59,632 nt of DNA, from NCBI GenBank assembly GCA_904502155.1, contig CAJGDV010000001.1:1-59632 (forward strand), given 5' to 3'. The position numbers were made by a program, and so were the translations under genes. The stretch is from an uncultured Bacilli bacterium. Lineage in GTDB: Bacteria > Bacillota_I > Bacilli_A > RF39 > UBA660. Positions 32,228 through 42,301 of the stretch are shown one piece after another. Below the pieces are notes generated by a model. It was not told where the DNA came from and did not search any database. It saw only the letters and a program-made list of their open reading frames with translations. Position 1 is the stretch's first letter; each line of letters begins with the position of its first letter.

Positions 32228-32823
32228 TGAAAGATAAATTTATAGAAGAAAATGTTGTTATTGAAGATGGAGTTGTAATTGAGCCTTTTGTAAAATTATT
32301 AGGTAATACTGTAATTAAAAAGGGAGCAATTATAAAATCTTTTACAGAAATTAATAACTCTATAATAGGAGAAAATACAATTGTTCATTCTTCAACAGTA
32401 TTAGACTCTAAGATTGGAAATAATAATAATATAGGACCTAGAGCATATATAAGAAATAATACAGAAACTAAAGAAAATGCCAAAGTTGGATTTTCAGTTG
32501 AAGTTAAAAACTCAATAATTGGTAGCAATACTAAAGTAAGTCACTTATCATATATAGGAGATTCTATTTTAGGAGATAACATCAATATCGGTGCTGGAAC
32601 AATTACAGCAAATTATGATGGAATTAATAAAAATAAAACAGTTATTGAAGATAATTGTTTTATTGGAAGCAATACAGTATTGATAGCTCCTATTAAAATA
32701 GGAAAAGGTTCTAAAGTTGCTGCAGGTTCAACATTAAATCAAGATGTGAAACCTGATTCATTAGCAATTGCAAGAACAAGACAAATTACAAAAGAAAATT
32801 ACTATAAAAATGAGATAATTTAA
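32227..32823 (+). CDS. stand-alone left-handed beta-helix acetyltransferase resembling the C-terminal half of GlmU
   Basis: SHLSYIGDS.LG.NINIGAGTITANYDG.NK.KTVIED..FIGSNT.L.AP..IGKG...AAGS closely follows the GlmU acetyltransferase domain. There is no N-terminal uridylyltransferase domain. ATGA overlap with the SDR gene. Confidence 0.8.
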   Translation: MKDKFIEENVVIEDGVVIEPFVKLLGNTVIKKGAIIKSFTEINNSIIGENTIVHSSTVLDSKIGNNNNIGPRAYIRNNTETKENAKVGFSVEVKNSIIGSNTKVSHLSYIGDSILGDNINIGAGTITANYDGINKNKTVIEDNCFIGSNTVLIAPIKIGKGSKVAAGSTLNQDVKPDSLAIARTRQITKENYYKNEII

Positions 32824-32838
32824 TGTATCTCTTTTTTT
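32812..32838 (+). terminator. intrinsic terminator
   Basis: gagata-atttaatg-tatctc followed by 7 Ts. Confidence 0.6.
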
Positions 32839-32874
32839 ATGTTATAATATAATTGTTAGATTTTAGGTGATGTT

Positions 32875-33684
32875 ATGAAAAATATTATAGAATTAAAAAA
32901 TGTCAATTTTAAATACGGTAATAAAGAGTTATTTAAAAATTTAAATTTACAAATTGAAAGAGGAACATTTACAACTATTATTGGAACTAATGGTAGTGGG
33001 AAGAGTACTTTAATAAGAATTATTCTAGGATTATTAGTTGCAGATGGTGAAATTAAAATTAATAATTTAGAATTAAATCATAAAAACCTTAAAAAAATAA
33101 TTAGTAAAATAGGTGTTGTTTTAGAAAATCCTGATGATCAATTTGTTGCTGAAACTGTTATGGATGATATTGCGTTTTCTCTTGAAAATATGAATGTTGA
33201 TAAAAAAGAAATTAAATCTAGGGTCAATAAAATAGCAAAATTTATTGGTATTGAAGATATATTAGAAAGAGAACCTCATAGTTTAAGTGGAGGTCAAAAA
33301 CAACTAGTAGCATTAGCTTCTGCTCTTGTAACAGATCCAGATATATTGATTTTAGATGAAGCTTTAACTATGATTGATCTTGACGTTCGTGATAAAATAT
33401 ATAAAATTTTAGAACAAGTTAATAAAATTAATAAAATTACAATTATAAATGTTACACATGATATGGATGAAATATTATATGGTGATAATCTAATTGTTAT
33501 AGATAATGGTAATATTGTTTTAAACGGACCAAAAGAATATGTACTACTAGAAGAAAAAACGTTTAATAAATTATCATTAAAATTACCATTTGTTGTAGAA
33601 TTATCTACAAAGTTACAATATTATGGCTTAACTGACCATTTAATATTTGATATGGAAGAGTTGGTGGATATTATATGGAAATAA
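32875..33684 (+). CDS. ecfA1: ECF transporter ATPase component A1
   Basis: GTNGSGKST Walker A, LSGGQKQ signature. ecfA-ecfA'-ecfT-truA synteny. Confidence 0.9.
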   Translation: MKNIIELKNVNFKYGNKELFKNLNLQIERGTFTTIIGTNGSGKSTLIRIILGLLVADGEIKINNLELNHKNLKKIISKIGVVLENPDDQFVAETVMDDIAFSLENMNVDKKEIKSRVNKIAKFIGIEDILEREPHSLSGGQKQLVALASALVTDPDILILDEALTMIDLDVRDKIYKILEQVNKINKITIINVTHDMDEILYGDNLIVIDNGNIVLNGPKEYVLLEEKTFNKLSLKLPFVVELSTKLQYYGLTDHLIFDMEELVDIIWK

Positions 33685-34529
33685 AATTTAATAATGTATC
33701 TTTTTCTTATAATGTTAAATCACCATTAGAAAAAGAAGTTTTAAAAGATATTAATATAGAAATTGAAAATGGTAAAATAACAGGTTTAATTGGTAAAAGT
33801 GGTAGTGGTAAAAGTACTATGGTGCAATTAATTAATGCATTAAATTTTCCGACAAAAGGTAATTTAGAAGTTGGTACTTTTATAATAGATTCTAAAAAAA
33901 GAAAAATAAAAAAAGTAAATGACTTAAGAGTTAATATTGGATTAATTTTTCAATTTCCAGAAGAACAATTTTTTAATATGACAGTTTTTGATGAAATATC
34001 TTTTGGAATGAAATATTTTAAATTTAAAACTGCCGATATTGAAAAAAGGGTTGTTAATGCACTTAAAATGGTTGGATTAAATAAAGATTACTTATATAGA
34101 AATCCTTTTACACTTTCAAGTGGAGAAAAAAGAAAAGTTGCAATAGCTTCAATACTAGCATATAATCCTTCAATAATAATTTTAGATGAACCAACAATAG
34201 GTTTGGATAGTATAAGTAAGAAAAAACTTGTAGAACTTATAAGAACGCTTAAAAATAGATATAAGAAAACCATTATTTTAGTAAGTCATGATGTTGATTT
34301 AATACACCAAATATCTGATAAAATCATTGTGATTAATGATGGTAAAGTTGTATTAGATGGTAATAAATATGATGTATTTAAACATGAAGCTGAACTAAAA
34401 AAATATGGAATTAAACTTCCTAAAGCAATTGAGTTTTCTAACTTAGTATATAAAAAAACCGGCAAAAAAATTGGATATCGTGATGATATTAATGATATTT
34501 TAAAGGATGTGTATAGAAATGCTAGATAA
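33675..34529 (+). CDS. ecfA2: ECF transporter ATPase component A2
   Basis: GKSGSGKST Walker A, LSSGEKRK signature. Confidence 0.9.
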   Translation: MEIKFNNVSFSYNVKSPLEKEVLKDINIEIENGKITGLIGKSGSGKSTMVQLINALNFPTKGNLEVGTFIIDSKKRKIKKVNDLRVNIGLIFQFPEEQFFNMTVFDEISFGMKYFKFKTADIEKRVVNALKMVGLNKDYLYRNPFTLSSGEKRKVAIASILAYNPSIIILDEPTIGLDSISKKKLVELIRTLKNRYKKTIILVSHDVDLIHQISDKIIVINDGKVVLDGNKYDVFKHEAELKKYGIKLPKAIEFSNLVYKKTGKKIGYRDDINDILKDVYRNAR

Positions 34530-35271
34530 TGTTGTATTTGGTAGTTATTACCCAATAGATTCAAAGGTTCATACTATGAATCCTATATCTAAAATTATAT
34601 GTACTTTATTATTTGTATTTATGATTTTTTTATCAAACGATATCAAAATTGTTAGTCTTGTGTTTATATTATCTATTTTATTATGTGAAATGGCACATAT
34701 ACCAAAAAGGATATATGGAAAAACAATTAAAAGTTTAAAAGTTATAATTTTATTTGTTATATTAATTTATTATTTTACAGGTTTAGGTATTGATAATATT
34801 TTAATGACAATAATGAGATTAATTGGCATTGTTTTATATACAACTGTTATTACATTAACTACACCACCAACAGAAATTACATATGGACTTCAAAAAGTAT
34901 TTTCACCATTAAATTTAATTGGATTACCAGTTAATAAAATCTCACTTTCTATTTCATTAGCATTAAGATTTATTCCAACAATTATTGATCAAGGAAATAA
35001 AATTTTAAAATCTCAAGCCAGTCGTGGAGTTGATTATAGTAACTCAAATATAATTGGAAAATTTACTGCTCTTAAGTCTATGCTTATTCCAATGTTTATT
35101 TTAACTATTAGAAGAGCTGATACTCTTGCTGAATCAATGCAAATTAGAATGTATAATATTAATGCTAAAAGAACAAATTATAGACTTAATAAATGGGGTA
35201 TTTTTGATACATTTTTATTTATGTTACATTTTATTGTATTTGGTCTTATGATTACAAGGATGGTGATTTAA
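34519..35271 (+). CDS. ecfT: ECF transporter transmembrane component T
   Basis: Polytopic, with the ARG-type motif region (SQASRGVD). ATG 34519 preferred over 34507 on RBS spacing. Confidence 0.88.
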   Translation: MLDNVVFGSYYPIDSKVHTMNPISKIICTLLFVFMIFLSNDIKIVSLVFILSILLCEMAHIPKRIYGKTIKSLKVIILFVILIYYFTGLGIDNILMTIMRLIGIVLYTTVITLTTPPTEITYGLQKVFSPLNLIGLPVNKISLSISLALRFIPTIIDQGNKILKSQASRGVDYSNSNIIGKFTALKSMLIPMFILTIRRADTLAESMQIRMYNINAKRTNYRLNKWGIFDTFLFMLHFIVFGLMITRMVI

Positions 35272-36006
35272 ATGAAATATTTAATTACATTTTCTTATGA
35301 TGGTTCTAAATATTTTGGTTATCAAAAACAACCAAATAAACCAACTGTTCAACAAGAAATTGAAAATGTATTAACACAATTAAATTCAAATAAACCTGTT
35401 ATTATTAGTGCATCAGGTCGTACTGATAGTGGTGTTCACGCCTTAAACCAAAAAGCACATTTTGTTCTAGATAAAGAATATGATGAAAGTAAATTACAAT
35501 ATTCAATGAATAAAATGTTATCTACAAGTATATATATTAAAAACGTAGAAAAGAAAGAAGATAATTTTCATGCAAGATTTGATGTAAAAAAGAAAAAATA
35601 TACATACAAAATTAATGTTGGAGAATACAACCCTTTAGAATATAATTATATCTTTCAATATAACAAAGAACTTAATATTGAAGAAATGAAAAAAGCAATA
35701 AAATATTTTGAAGGTCTTCATAATTTTAAATCATTTACAAAAATAGATGAAGAAAAAGAAACATATGAGCGTGAAATATTTGAAACTAATATTATAAAAG
35801 AAAAAAATATAATTTCTATTACTTTTGTTGGTACAGGTTTTATGAGATATATGGTTAGAAATATGGTTGGATTATTAGTTGAAATAGGATCAGGTAAAAA
35901 AGATTCTAATTGTGTAAAAGATGTTTTATTAGCTGAAGATAGAACAAAAGCAGGAATAACAATTGATCCTAATGGATTATATTTAGAGGATGTATATTAT
36001 GAATAG
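35272..36006 (+). CDS. truA: tRNA pseudouridine38-40 synthase
   Basis: YDGS.Y.G.Q.Q, GRTDSGVHA catalytic Asp motif. Confidence 0.95.
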   Translation: MKYLITFSYDGSKYFGYQKQPNKPTVQQEIENVLTQLNSNKPVIISASGRTDSGVHALNQKAHFVLDKEYDESKLQYSMNKMLSTSIYIKNVEKKEDNFHARFDVKKKKYTYKINVGEYNPLEYNYIFQYNKELNIEEMKKAIKYFEGLHNFKSFTKIDEEKETYEREIFETNIIKEKNIISITFVGTGFMRYMVRNMVGLLVEIGSGKKDSNCVKDVLLAEDRTKAGITIDPNGLYLEDVYYE

Positions 36007-36718
36007 AAGAGTATTAATTGTTTTCTTAATTTTGGTATTATCTTTTATATATAGTGCAATATTTATTAATTATTATAAATCAATAAATAATGTTAATAAA
36101 TCATTAAATATTAAAAATGATATTATGACAATTGATAAAATATATAATTTTATTTCTGAAACAAGTTTGGATAAAATTGAATATTTAAAATTTGATTTTA
36201 ATGATATTAAAGAAATTAATAATCAATCTAAGCTAAATTTAGCATTTTATCACTTAAATAAAAATTTAGATTTTAAAAAAGGTGTAAGTTCAAAACTATT
36301 TGAAGAATACTTAACAAAAGTATTTGGACCTAATGTGACAGTTAAACATGAAACTATAAAATTAACCAATAATGATAATGAAATAAAATATGATAACAAA
36401 AATGATATATATATTTCAAATAAGGATATTATAGAAGATGAAATTAACGTTTATAACAAGTTAATAAATTTTGATTATAAAAATAATAAATATTATTTAG
36501 AACAATATAAATTTTATATTAATGATAATAATGTATTTAAATCATATGGAGATTATGTTAGTAACGTTGATGTTTTAATGACTGTAAAAAATACTGATAA
36601 TTTAGAAAATGAAATCAATAAAAATATATCTAAATTTGAAAAAGATTTATATATTTATACATATGTTTTCTCTAAAAAAAATGGCAATATAATTTTAGAA
36701 AAATATTACAAAAATTAA
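35999..36718 (+). CDS. hypothetical N-terminally membrane-anchored N/K-rich protein
   Basis: One TM helix (VLIVFLILVLSFIYSAIFI). No recognisable domain. ATG 35999 preferred on RBS spacing. Confidence 0.55.
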   Translation: MNRRVLIVFLILVLSFIYSAIFINYYKSINNVNKSLNIKNDIMTIDKIYNFISETSLDKIEYLKFDFNDIKEINNQSKLNLAFYHLNKNLDFKKGVSSKLFEEYLTKVFGPNVTVKHETIKLTNNDNEIKYDNKNDIYISNKDIIEDEINVYNKLINFDYKNNKYYLEQYKFYINDNNVFKSYGDYVSNVDVLMTVKNTDNLENEINKNISKFEKDLYIYTYVFSKKNGNIILEKYYKN

Positions 36719-36752
36719 ATTAATGTTTTTTTTGAAAAAAGTATTGTTTTAC

Positions 36753-36781
36753 TTGACTTTTATTGCATTTTTTAGTAATAT
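36753..36781 (+). promoter_or_regulatory. sigma-A-type promoter of rplM-rpsI
   Basis: TTGACT, 17 nt spacer, TAATAT, followed by an ~85-nt leader. Confidence 0.55.
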
Positions 36782-36868
36782 TTTAGTTGGTACATTTTAT
36801 AAATCCCAATTTAGTTAGATCTGGGAAATCTAGCTTAAATTAATTTAAATTAAGGAAGGGAAAAAAAT

Positions 36869-37303
36869 ATGAAAAATACTTACATGCAAAAAAAAGAAGA
36901 AGTAGTACGTAACTGGTATGTAGTAGATGCTGAAGGATTAACTTTAGGTCGTTTAGCTACTAAAGTTGCACATGTATTACGTGGTAAGCATAAAGTTACT
37001 TACACTCCACATGTTGATTGCGGAGATTTTGTAATCGTAGTTAATGCTGACAAAGTAGTTCTTACTGGTGACAAACTAGATAAGAAAGTTTACTATGATC
37101 ACAGTGGATACACTGGTGGTTTAAGAGAAAGAACAGCTCGTGTTATGAAAGAACAATATCCTGTTGAAATGGTTGAAAGAGCCGTTAAAGGAATGTTACC
37201 TAATGGAAGATTAGGACGTCAAATGTATAAAAAATTATTTGTATATGCTGGAGAAACTCATCCACATGCAGCTCAACAACCAGTTGAGTTAAAAGTTAAA
37301 TAA
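36869..37303 (+). CDS. rplM: 50S ribosomal protein L13
   Basis: W.VVDA.G..LGRLA..VA..LRGKHK..YTPH.D.GD. Confidence 0.98.
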   Translation: MKNTYMQKKEEVVRNWYVVDAEGLTLGRLATKVAHVLRGKHKVTYTPHVDCGDFVIVVNADKVVLTGDKLDKKVYYDHSGYTGGLRERTARVMKEQYPVEMVERAVKGMLPNGRLGRQMYKKLFVYAGETHPHAAQQPVELKVK

Positions 37304-37316
37304 GGAGGTTTAATCT

Positions 37317-37727
37317 ATGAGTAAAGTATTTATTGGAACAGGAAGAAGAAAATCTTCTATCGCTCAAGTTAAAATGGTTCCAGGAACTGGAAAAATTACT
37401 GTAAACGGTAGAGATGTTAGAGATTTCTTCCCATATGAAACTAATGTTATGGATTTAAAACAACCTTTAGTTGCTACAAATAATGAAGAAACATTTGATA
37501 TTGAAGTAAAAGTTAATGGTGGAGGATTTACTGGACAAACTGGTGCAATCCGTTTAGGTATTGCTAGAGCTTTATGTGAATACGACAAAGCTAATGTTGA
37601 AAATGAAGATAGCTATAGAAAAACTTTAAAAAGAGCTGGATTCGTTACAAGAGATGCTAGAAGTAAAGAACGTAAAAAACCAGGTTTAAAAGCAGCACGT
37701 CGTGCACCACAATTCTCAAAACGTTAA
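37317..37727 (+). CDS. rpsI: 30S ribosomal protein S9
   Basis: GTGRRK.S.A.V, C-terminal [18 protein letters not shown]. Confidence 0.98.
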   Translation: MSKVFIGTGRRKSSIAQVKMVPGTGKITVNGRDVRDFFPYETNVMDLKQPLVATNNEETFDIEVKVNGGGFTGQTGAIRLGIARALCEYDKANVENEDSYRKTLKRAGFVTRDARSKERKKPGLKAARRAPQFSKR

Positions 37728-37747
37728 GATTCTTTCAAATATGTCTG

Positions 37748-37777
37748 GAAGTATAATCATCGATTATACTTCTTTTT
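37748..37777 (+). terminator. intrinsic terminator after rpsI
   Basis: Perfect 11-bp stem gaagtataatc / gattatacttc followed by Ts. Confidence 0.8.
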
Positions 37778-37796
37778 CTATGTTAGGAGGTTTAAA

Positions 37797-38501
37797 ATGT
37801 CATACACTACATTCTTAATAAGAATAGCAATTTGTTTTATTTTAAGTTTTTTTATTGGTTTAGAGAGATTATCTGGAAGACATGCAACAGGATTAAGAAC
37901 AAACGTATTAGTATGTATAGGAGCATTTTTGTTTTCTTCATATGCATTCAGTGTTGATGCAACTGATAAAACTAGAATGGCTGCTCAAGTTGTTTCTGGA
38001 ATTGGTTTTCTAGGTGCTGGAGTAATAATGAAAGACGGCACAAATATTAAAGGATTAACTACCGCTGCAACTTTATGGTGTAATGCTGCCATAGGTATTT
38101 TATGTTCTGCTGGTTTATTAAAAGAAGCAATTACAGGATGCATATTTATTCTGTTCTCTAATATATTTTTGAAATATTTAAATTATAAAATATCTAACAA
38201 TTACAATCAAAAAGAAACATATGTATTTAAAATTCGATGTGAACAAGAAAGAGAAAATAAAATTAGAAATCAAATAACAAAAGCAACAAAAAATGAAAAT
38301 ATAAAATTGACAAATATTGAAGTAAAAACATTAGAAAATGGGAATTCAAAAATTTATGCAACAATATCATCTAATCTTGATTTTAATTATTTAATAGATA
38401 AATTAATGAATACTATTGCTAGTGAGAAAGGTATTTTATCAGTTGGATGGAATAAACTGGATAAATTAGATGATGACACGGAAGATATCAACGAAATATA
38501 A
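37797..38501 (+). CDS. mgtC: MgtC/SapB family membrane protein
   Basis: Four or five N-terminal TM helices with GLER..GR.AGLRT and VSGIGFLGAG motifs. Soluble C-terminal domain. Confidence 0.85.
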   Translation: MSYTTFLIRIAICFILSFFIGLERLSGRHATGLRTNVLVCIGAFLFSSYAFSVDATDKTRMAAQVVSGIGFLGAGVIMKDGTNIKGLTTAATLWCNAAIGILCSAGLLKEAITGCIFILFSNIFLKYLNYKISNNYNQKETYVFKIRCEQERENKIRNQITKATKNENIKLTNIEVKTLENGNSKIYATISSNLDFNYLIDKLMNTIASEKGILSVGWNKLDKLDDDTEDINEI

Positions 38502-38537
38502 ATTTTATGCTATAATATAAAAAAAAGGAGTAATTAT

Positions 38538-39407
38538 ATGAGAGTAAGTAATGAATGGAAAGACTATGAATGTATTGATGCTGGAAACGGCGAAAAATTA
38601 GAAAGATGGGGAGACGTTATTTTTAGAAGACCAGATCCTCAAGCAATGTGGAATGTTAATTATAATGAAAACTGGAAAAATGTAGATGGACATTATTTTA
38701 GAAGTGTAAAAGGTGGCGGAGAATGGAAATTTAACAAAAAATTAAAAGACCACTGGACAATTGATTATAAACATTTAACATTTAAGGTTAGTCCTACAAA
38801 TTTTAAACATACAGGATTATTTCCAGAGCAAGCTACTAATTGGGACTTTATGATGGATATAATAAAAAAACAAGATAAAAAAATTAAAGTTTTAAATTTA
38901 TTTGCATATACTGGTGGTGCTACAATGGCATGTTCATCAGCAGGAGCAGATGTAGTACATGTTGATGCTTCAAAAGGTATGACTGAATGGGCTAAAGAAA
39001 ATATGAGATTATCAGGATTAGAAAATAATTTTATTAGATTTATTGTAGATGATTGTTTAAAATTTGTTGAAAGAGAATATAGACGTGGAAACAAATATGA
39101 TGCTATTGTAATGGATCCTCCAAGTTATGGTAGAGGACCAAATGGCGAAGTATGGAAATTTGAAGAGAGTTTATATAAATTAATAGATGCATGTATGAAA
39201 ATATTAAGTGATGAACCTGTTTTCTTCTTAGTAAATTCATATACTACAGGAATTTCAAGTATAGTTTTAGAAAACATTTTAAAAACTACAATGTTAAAAA
39301 AATATCCTGAAGGTGTTGTAGATGCTGGTGATGTAGGGTTACCTATTACAAGAGATAATTTAGTTCTTCCATGTGGTATTTATGGAAGATGGAGTAAAAA
39401 TGATTAA
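38538..39407 (+). CDS. class I SAM-dependent methyltransferase (RlmI/YwbD-type catalytic domain, no PUA)
   Basis: VLNLFAYTGG SAM motif, DPPSYG catalytic motif. Confidence 0.75.
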   Translation: MRVSNEWKDYECIDAGNGEKLERWGDVIFRRPDPQAMWNVNYNENWKNVDGHYFRSVKGGGEWKFNKKLKDHWTIDYKHLTFKVSPTNFKHTGLFPEQATNWDFMMDIIKKQDKKIKVLNLFAYTGGATMACSSAGADVVHVDASKGMTEWAKENMRLSGLENNFIRFIVDDCLKFVEREYRRGNKYDAIVMDPPSYGRGPNGEVWKFEESLYKLIDACMKILSDEPVFFLVNSYTTGISSIVLENILKTTMLKKYPEGVVDAGDVGLPITRDNLVLPCGIYGRWSKND

Positions 39408-40044
39408 TATTTTGTATGAAGATAATCATATTATAGTAGTTGAAAAAAAACCAAATATCCCTGTTTGTGAAGATGAAAGTAAAGATAAAGACTTATTAAA
39501 TATGATTAAAGATTATATAAAAGAAAAATATAATAAACCTGGAAATGTTTATTTAGGATTAGTTCATAGATTAGATAGACCAGTTGGTGGCATTATGGTT
39601 TTTGCAAAAACAAGCAAGGCTGCTAGTAGATTAAGTGAACAAGTTAGAACACATAAACTTAATAAGGTTTATTATGCCGTTGTTGATGGTGATGTAAAGA
39701 ATGAAGATCGATTAGTTGATAAATTATTAAAAGATCATAAAACAAATATTACAAAAGTATCAAAAGATGGAAAAGAATCAATATTAGAGTATAAAAAAAT
39801 TGGATATAAAGATAATTTTAGTTTGATAAAAATTAATCTTATTACTGGTAGATCTCATCAAATAAGAGTACAATTTAGTAGTAGGAATCATGCTTTATAT
39901 GGTGATCAAAAATATAATAAAAATACCAAAAAAGATAATATTGCTTTATTTGCAAAGCAATTATCATTTTACCATCCTACTACAAAAGAATTTTTAACTT
40001 TTGAACTAGATTTACCTAATAGATACCCATTTAATATTTTTTAA
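39400..40044 (+). CDS. RluA-family pseudouridine synthase
   Basis: HRLDRPVGG catalytic motif, GRSHQIR. ATG 39400 (GGAG RBS) preferred over 39373. Confidence 0.88.
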   Translation: MINILYEDNHIIVVEKKPNIPVCEDESKDKDLLNMIKDYIKEKYNKPGNVYLGLVHRLDRPVGGIMVFAKTSKAASRLSEQVRTHKLNKVYYAVVDGDVKNEDRLVDKLLKDHKTNITKVSKDGKESILEYKKIGYKDNFSLIKINLITGRSHQIRVQFSSRNHALYGDQKYNKNTKKDNIALFAKQLSFYHPTTKEFLTFELDLPNRYPFNIF

Positions 40045-40052
40045 AAAATATA

Positions 40053-40081
40053 TTGCGTAAGATAAAAAAATATGTTAATAT
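40053..40081 (+). promoter_or_regulatory. candidate promoter of the uracil permease leader
   Basis: TTGCGT, 17 nt spacer, TAATAT. Confidence 0.4.
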
Positions 40082-40101
40082 TATTTTGGGTGTATACTAT
40101 G

Positions 40102-40166
40102 AAAAAGGAATTAACAAAAACAAAATTTAGTAATAACTTAAATAATGTTTTTGTTGTTCCTTTTTT
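40102..40166 (+). terminator. long terminator-like hairpin inside the permease leader (possible attenuator)
   Basis: aaaaaggaattaacaaaaaca pairs with tgtttttgttgttcctttttt (one bulge) and ends in a T-run, about 70 nt before the permease start. Confidence 0.5.
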
Positions 40167-40234
40167 AGTCCCTCATTTTCACTAAAATTTTTGTAATTTT
40201 AGTGTTTTTTTTTGAAGTTAGGAGGAGAGATTTT

Positions 40235-41518
40235 ATGAAAAAGAAAAATGGTCTAATATTAGACGTCGATGAAAAACCATCTATGGGTAAATGGATAGTT
40301 TTATCATTACAGCATGTATTTGCAATGTTTGGGGCAACTATTTTAGTGCCTATATTAGTTAACAATGCAGCAGGCGAAGAAGTTTTATCAATTCCTGTTA
40401 CATTAGTAGCATCAGGAATTGGAACACTACTATATCAATTATGTACAAAAAGTAAATCACCAGTTTATTTAGGAAGTTCATTTGCCTTTATTACACCTAT
40501 GATTCTTGCTTTTGCAAAAGGTGGAAAGGGAGGCGTTTTTACAGGTATAATGGCAGTTGGTTTAGCTTATATTCTAATTGCTTTAATTATAAAAATTGTA
40601 GGAACAAAATGGCTTGAAAAATTATTACCACCTATTATTATAGGACCTATGATTATGATTATAGGGTTAGGTTTAGCACCTACTGCAATTAGTAGTATTG
40701 GAATTGAAGCAGGGGCAAAATTTGTATGGCAAAATGTTCTAGTTGCATTAATTACATTTTTAACAACAGCTTTTGTTGCAACAAGAGCAAAAGGCTTTTT
40801 TAAGGTTATTCCATTTTTAATTGGAATTGTTGCAGGATATGTTTCATCATGTGTATTAGGTCTTGTTGACTTTACACCAATTAAAGAAGCATCATTCTTT
40901 AGTATTCCAGCATTTCAATTTCCATTCGTAAATTATGATTTGGATTTTAGTTCATTAGTTATTATGGTTCCTATTGTTTTAGTAACAATATCTGAACATA
41001 TTGGGGATCACACTGTACTAGGTACTATTATTGGAAAAGATTTAATTAAAGACCCAGGATTAGCGAGAACATTATTAGGTGATGGGTTAGCAACATTTGT
41101 AGCTGGTTTTATTGGTGGACCTTCAAATACTACATATGGTGAAAATACATCTGTTGTTGGAATGAGTAAAATAGCATCAATATGGGTTTTACGTTTAGCT
41201 GCTATATTTGCAATTATATTAGCATTCCTTGGTAAATTCACTGCATTAGCTAGTACTATACCTAATCCAGTTTTAGGAGGAGTATCATTACTTCTTTATG
41301 GATTTATATCTGTTAATGGATTAAAAGTTTTAGTAGAAAATCAAGTTGATTTTAGTAAAAATAAAAACGTAATTGTTTCTGCCGCTATGCTTGTAATAGG
41401 TCTTGGAGGAGCAACAATATCAATTAGTAGCGGTGACTTTTCATTATCAATTAGTGGAATGGCTTTAGCTGCAATTGTTGGTATAGTATTAAATTTAGTT
41501 TTAAAAGAAGATAATTAA
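40235..41518 (+). CDS. uraA: uracil/xanthine permease (NCS2 family)
   Basis: LSLQHVFAMFGATILVP and further NCS2-like TM motifs. ATG 40235 after AGGAGG preferred over GTG 40202. Confidence 0.85.
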   Translation: MKKKNGLILDVDEKPSMGKWIVLSLQHVFAMFGATILVPILVNNAAGEEVLSIPVTLVASGIGTLLYQLCTKSKSPVYLGSSFAFITPMILAFAKGGKGGVFTGIMAVGLAYILIALIIKIVGTKWLEKLLPPIIIGPMIMIIGLGLAPTAISSIGIEAGAKFVWQNVLVALITFLTTAFVATRAKGFFKVIPFLIGIVAGYVSSCVLGLVDFTPIKEASFFSIPAFQFPFVNYDLDFSSLVIMVPIVLVTISEHIGDHTVLGTIIGKDLIKDPGLARTLLGDGLATFVAGFIGGPSNTTYGENTSVVGMSKIASIWVLRLAAIFAIILAFLGKFTALASTIPNPVLGGVSLLLYGFISVNGLKVLVENQVDFSKNKNVIVSAAMLVIGLGGATISISSGDFSLSISGMALAAIVGIVLNLVLKEDN

Positions 41519-41551
41519 AATAAAAAAGACATATATTTAAGTGGTGATATT

Positions 41552-42181
41552 ATGAAACACAAAATATATGTTCTTTTTTTATTCTTTTTTTTTCTAATTA
41601 CAAATGTTAATTCTAAATCGTTGCCATTAAAAGATAAAATAATTGTTTTAGATCCTGGTCATGGTGGTGTTGATAAAGGTGCATCATATTATAATGAAAA
41701 TGAATCTGATTTAGTTCTTAATATATCAACAATACTAAAAGAAGAACTTGAAAAAAAAGGAGCCATCGTTTATCAAACGAGAAAAGGTAATTATGATTTA
41801 TCAAGTCCTAATACTAAAAGAAGAAAAAAAAGTGATTTTGATAATAGAATTAAGTTTATTAATGAAATTAATCCGACATTAATAATCTCAATACATTTAA
41901 ATGCCAGCAATAATAATAATTATAATGGAATTCAGATATTTTATAAAAATAATAATGAATTAGCACAATCTATTTCAAATGCCTTAAATTTAAGAAGAAA
42001 ACCAGTTAAAAGAAATAATATATATTTATTAAATAATCTAAAATATGATGCTTTTCTAATAGAATGGGGTTTCATTTCAAATTATAATGATCTAAGAAAA
42101 ATTAAGGATAAAAACAATATTAGACAAACATCATTAAAACTAATAAATGGTTTATTAAAATTTTATAATGTTTCAACTTGA
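41552..42181 (+). CDS. cwlD: N-acetylmuramoyl-L-alanine amidase (Amidase_3), CwlD-like
   Basis: Signal/anchor followed by LDPGHGGVDKGA and SIHLNA motifs. Lies downstream of rplM-rpsI, as cwlD does in Bacillus. Confidence 0.75.
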   Translation: MKHKIYVLFLFFFFLITNVNSKSLPLKDKIIVLDPGHGGVDKGASYYNENESDLVLNISTILKEELEKKGAIVYQTRKGNYDLSSPNTKRRKKSDFDNRIKFINEINPTLIISIHLNASNNNNYNGIQIFYKNNNELAQSISNALNLRRKPVKRNNIYLLNNLKYDAFLIEWGFISNYNDLRKIKDKNNIRQTSLKLINGLLKFYNVST

Positions 42182-42240
42182 CAAGAATGTATATATATAG
42201 TATATTAATCTAATTTCTTTTTGGAAATTAATATCAAAAG

Positions 42241-42269
42241 TTGTAAATGGACTTTTTATATGTTATAAT
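42241..42269 (+). promoter_or_regulatory. sigma-A-type promoter of cassette B
   Basis: TTGTAA, 17 nt spacer, TGtTATAAT. Confidence 0.55.
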
Positions 42270-42301
42270 TTATATGATATTTAATAAAATAGGAGGTTTG
42301 T

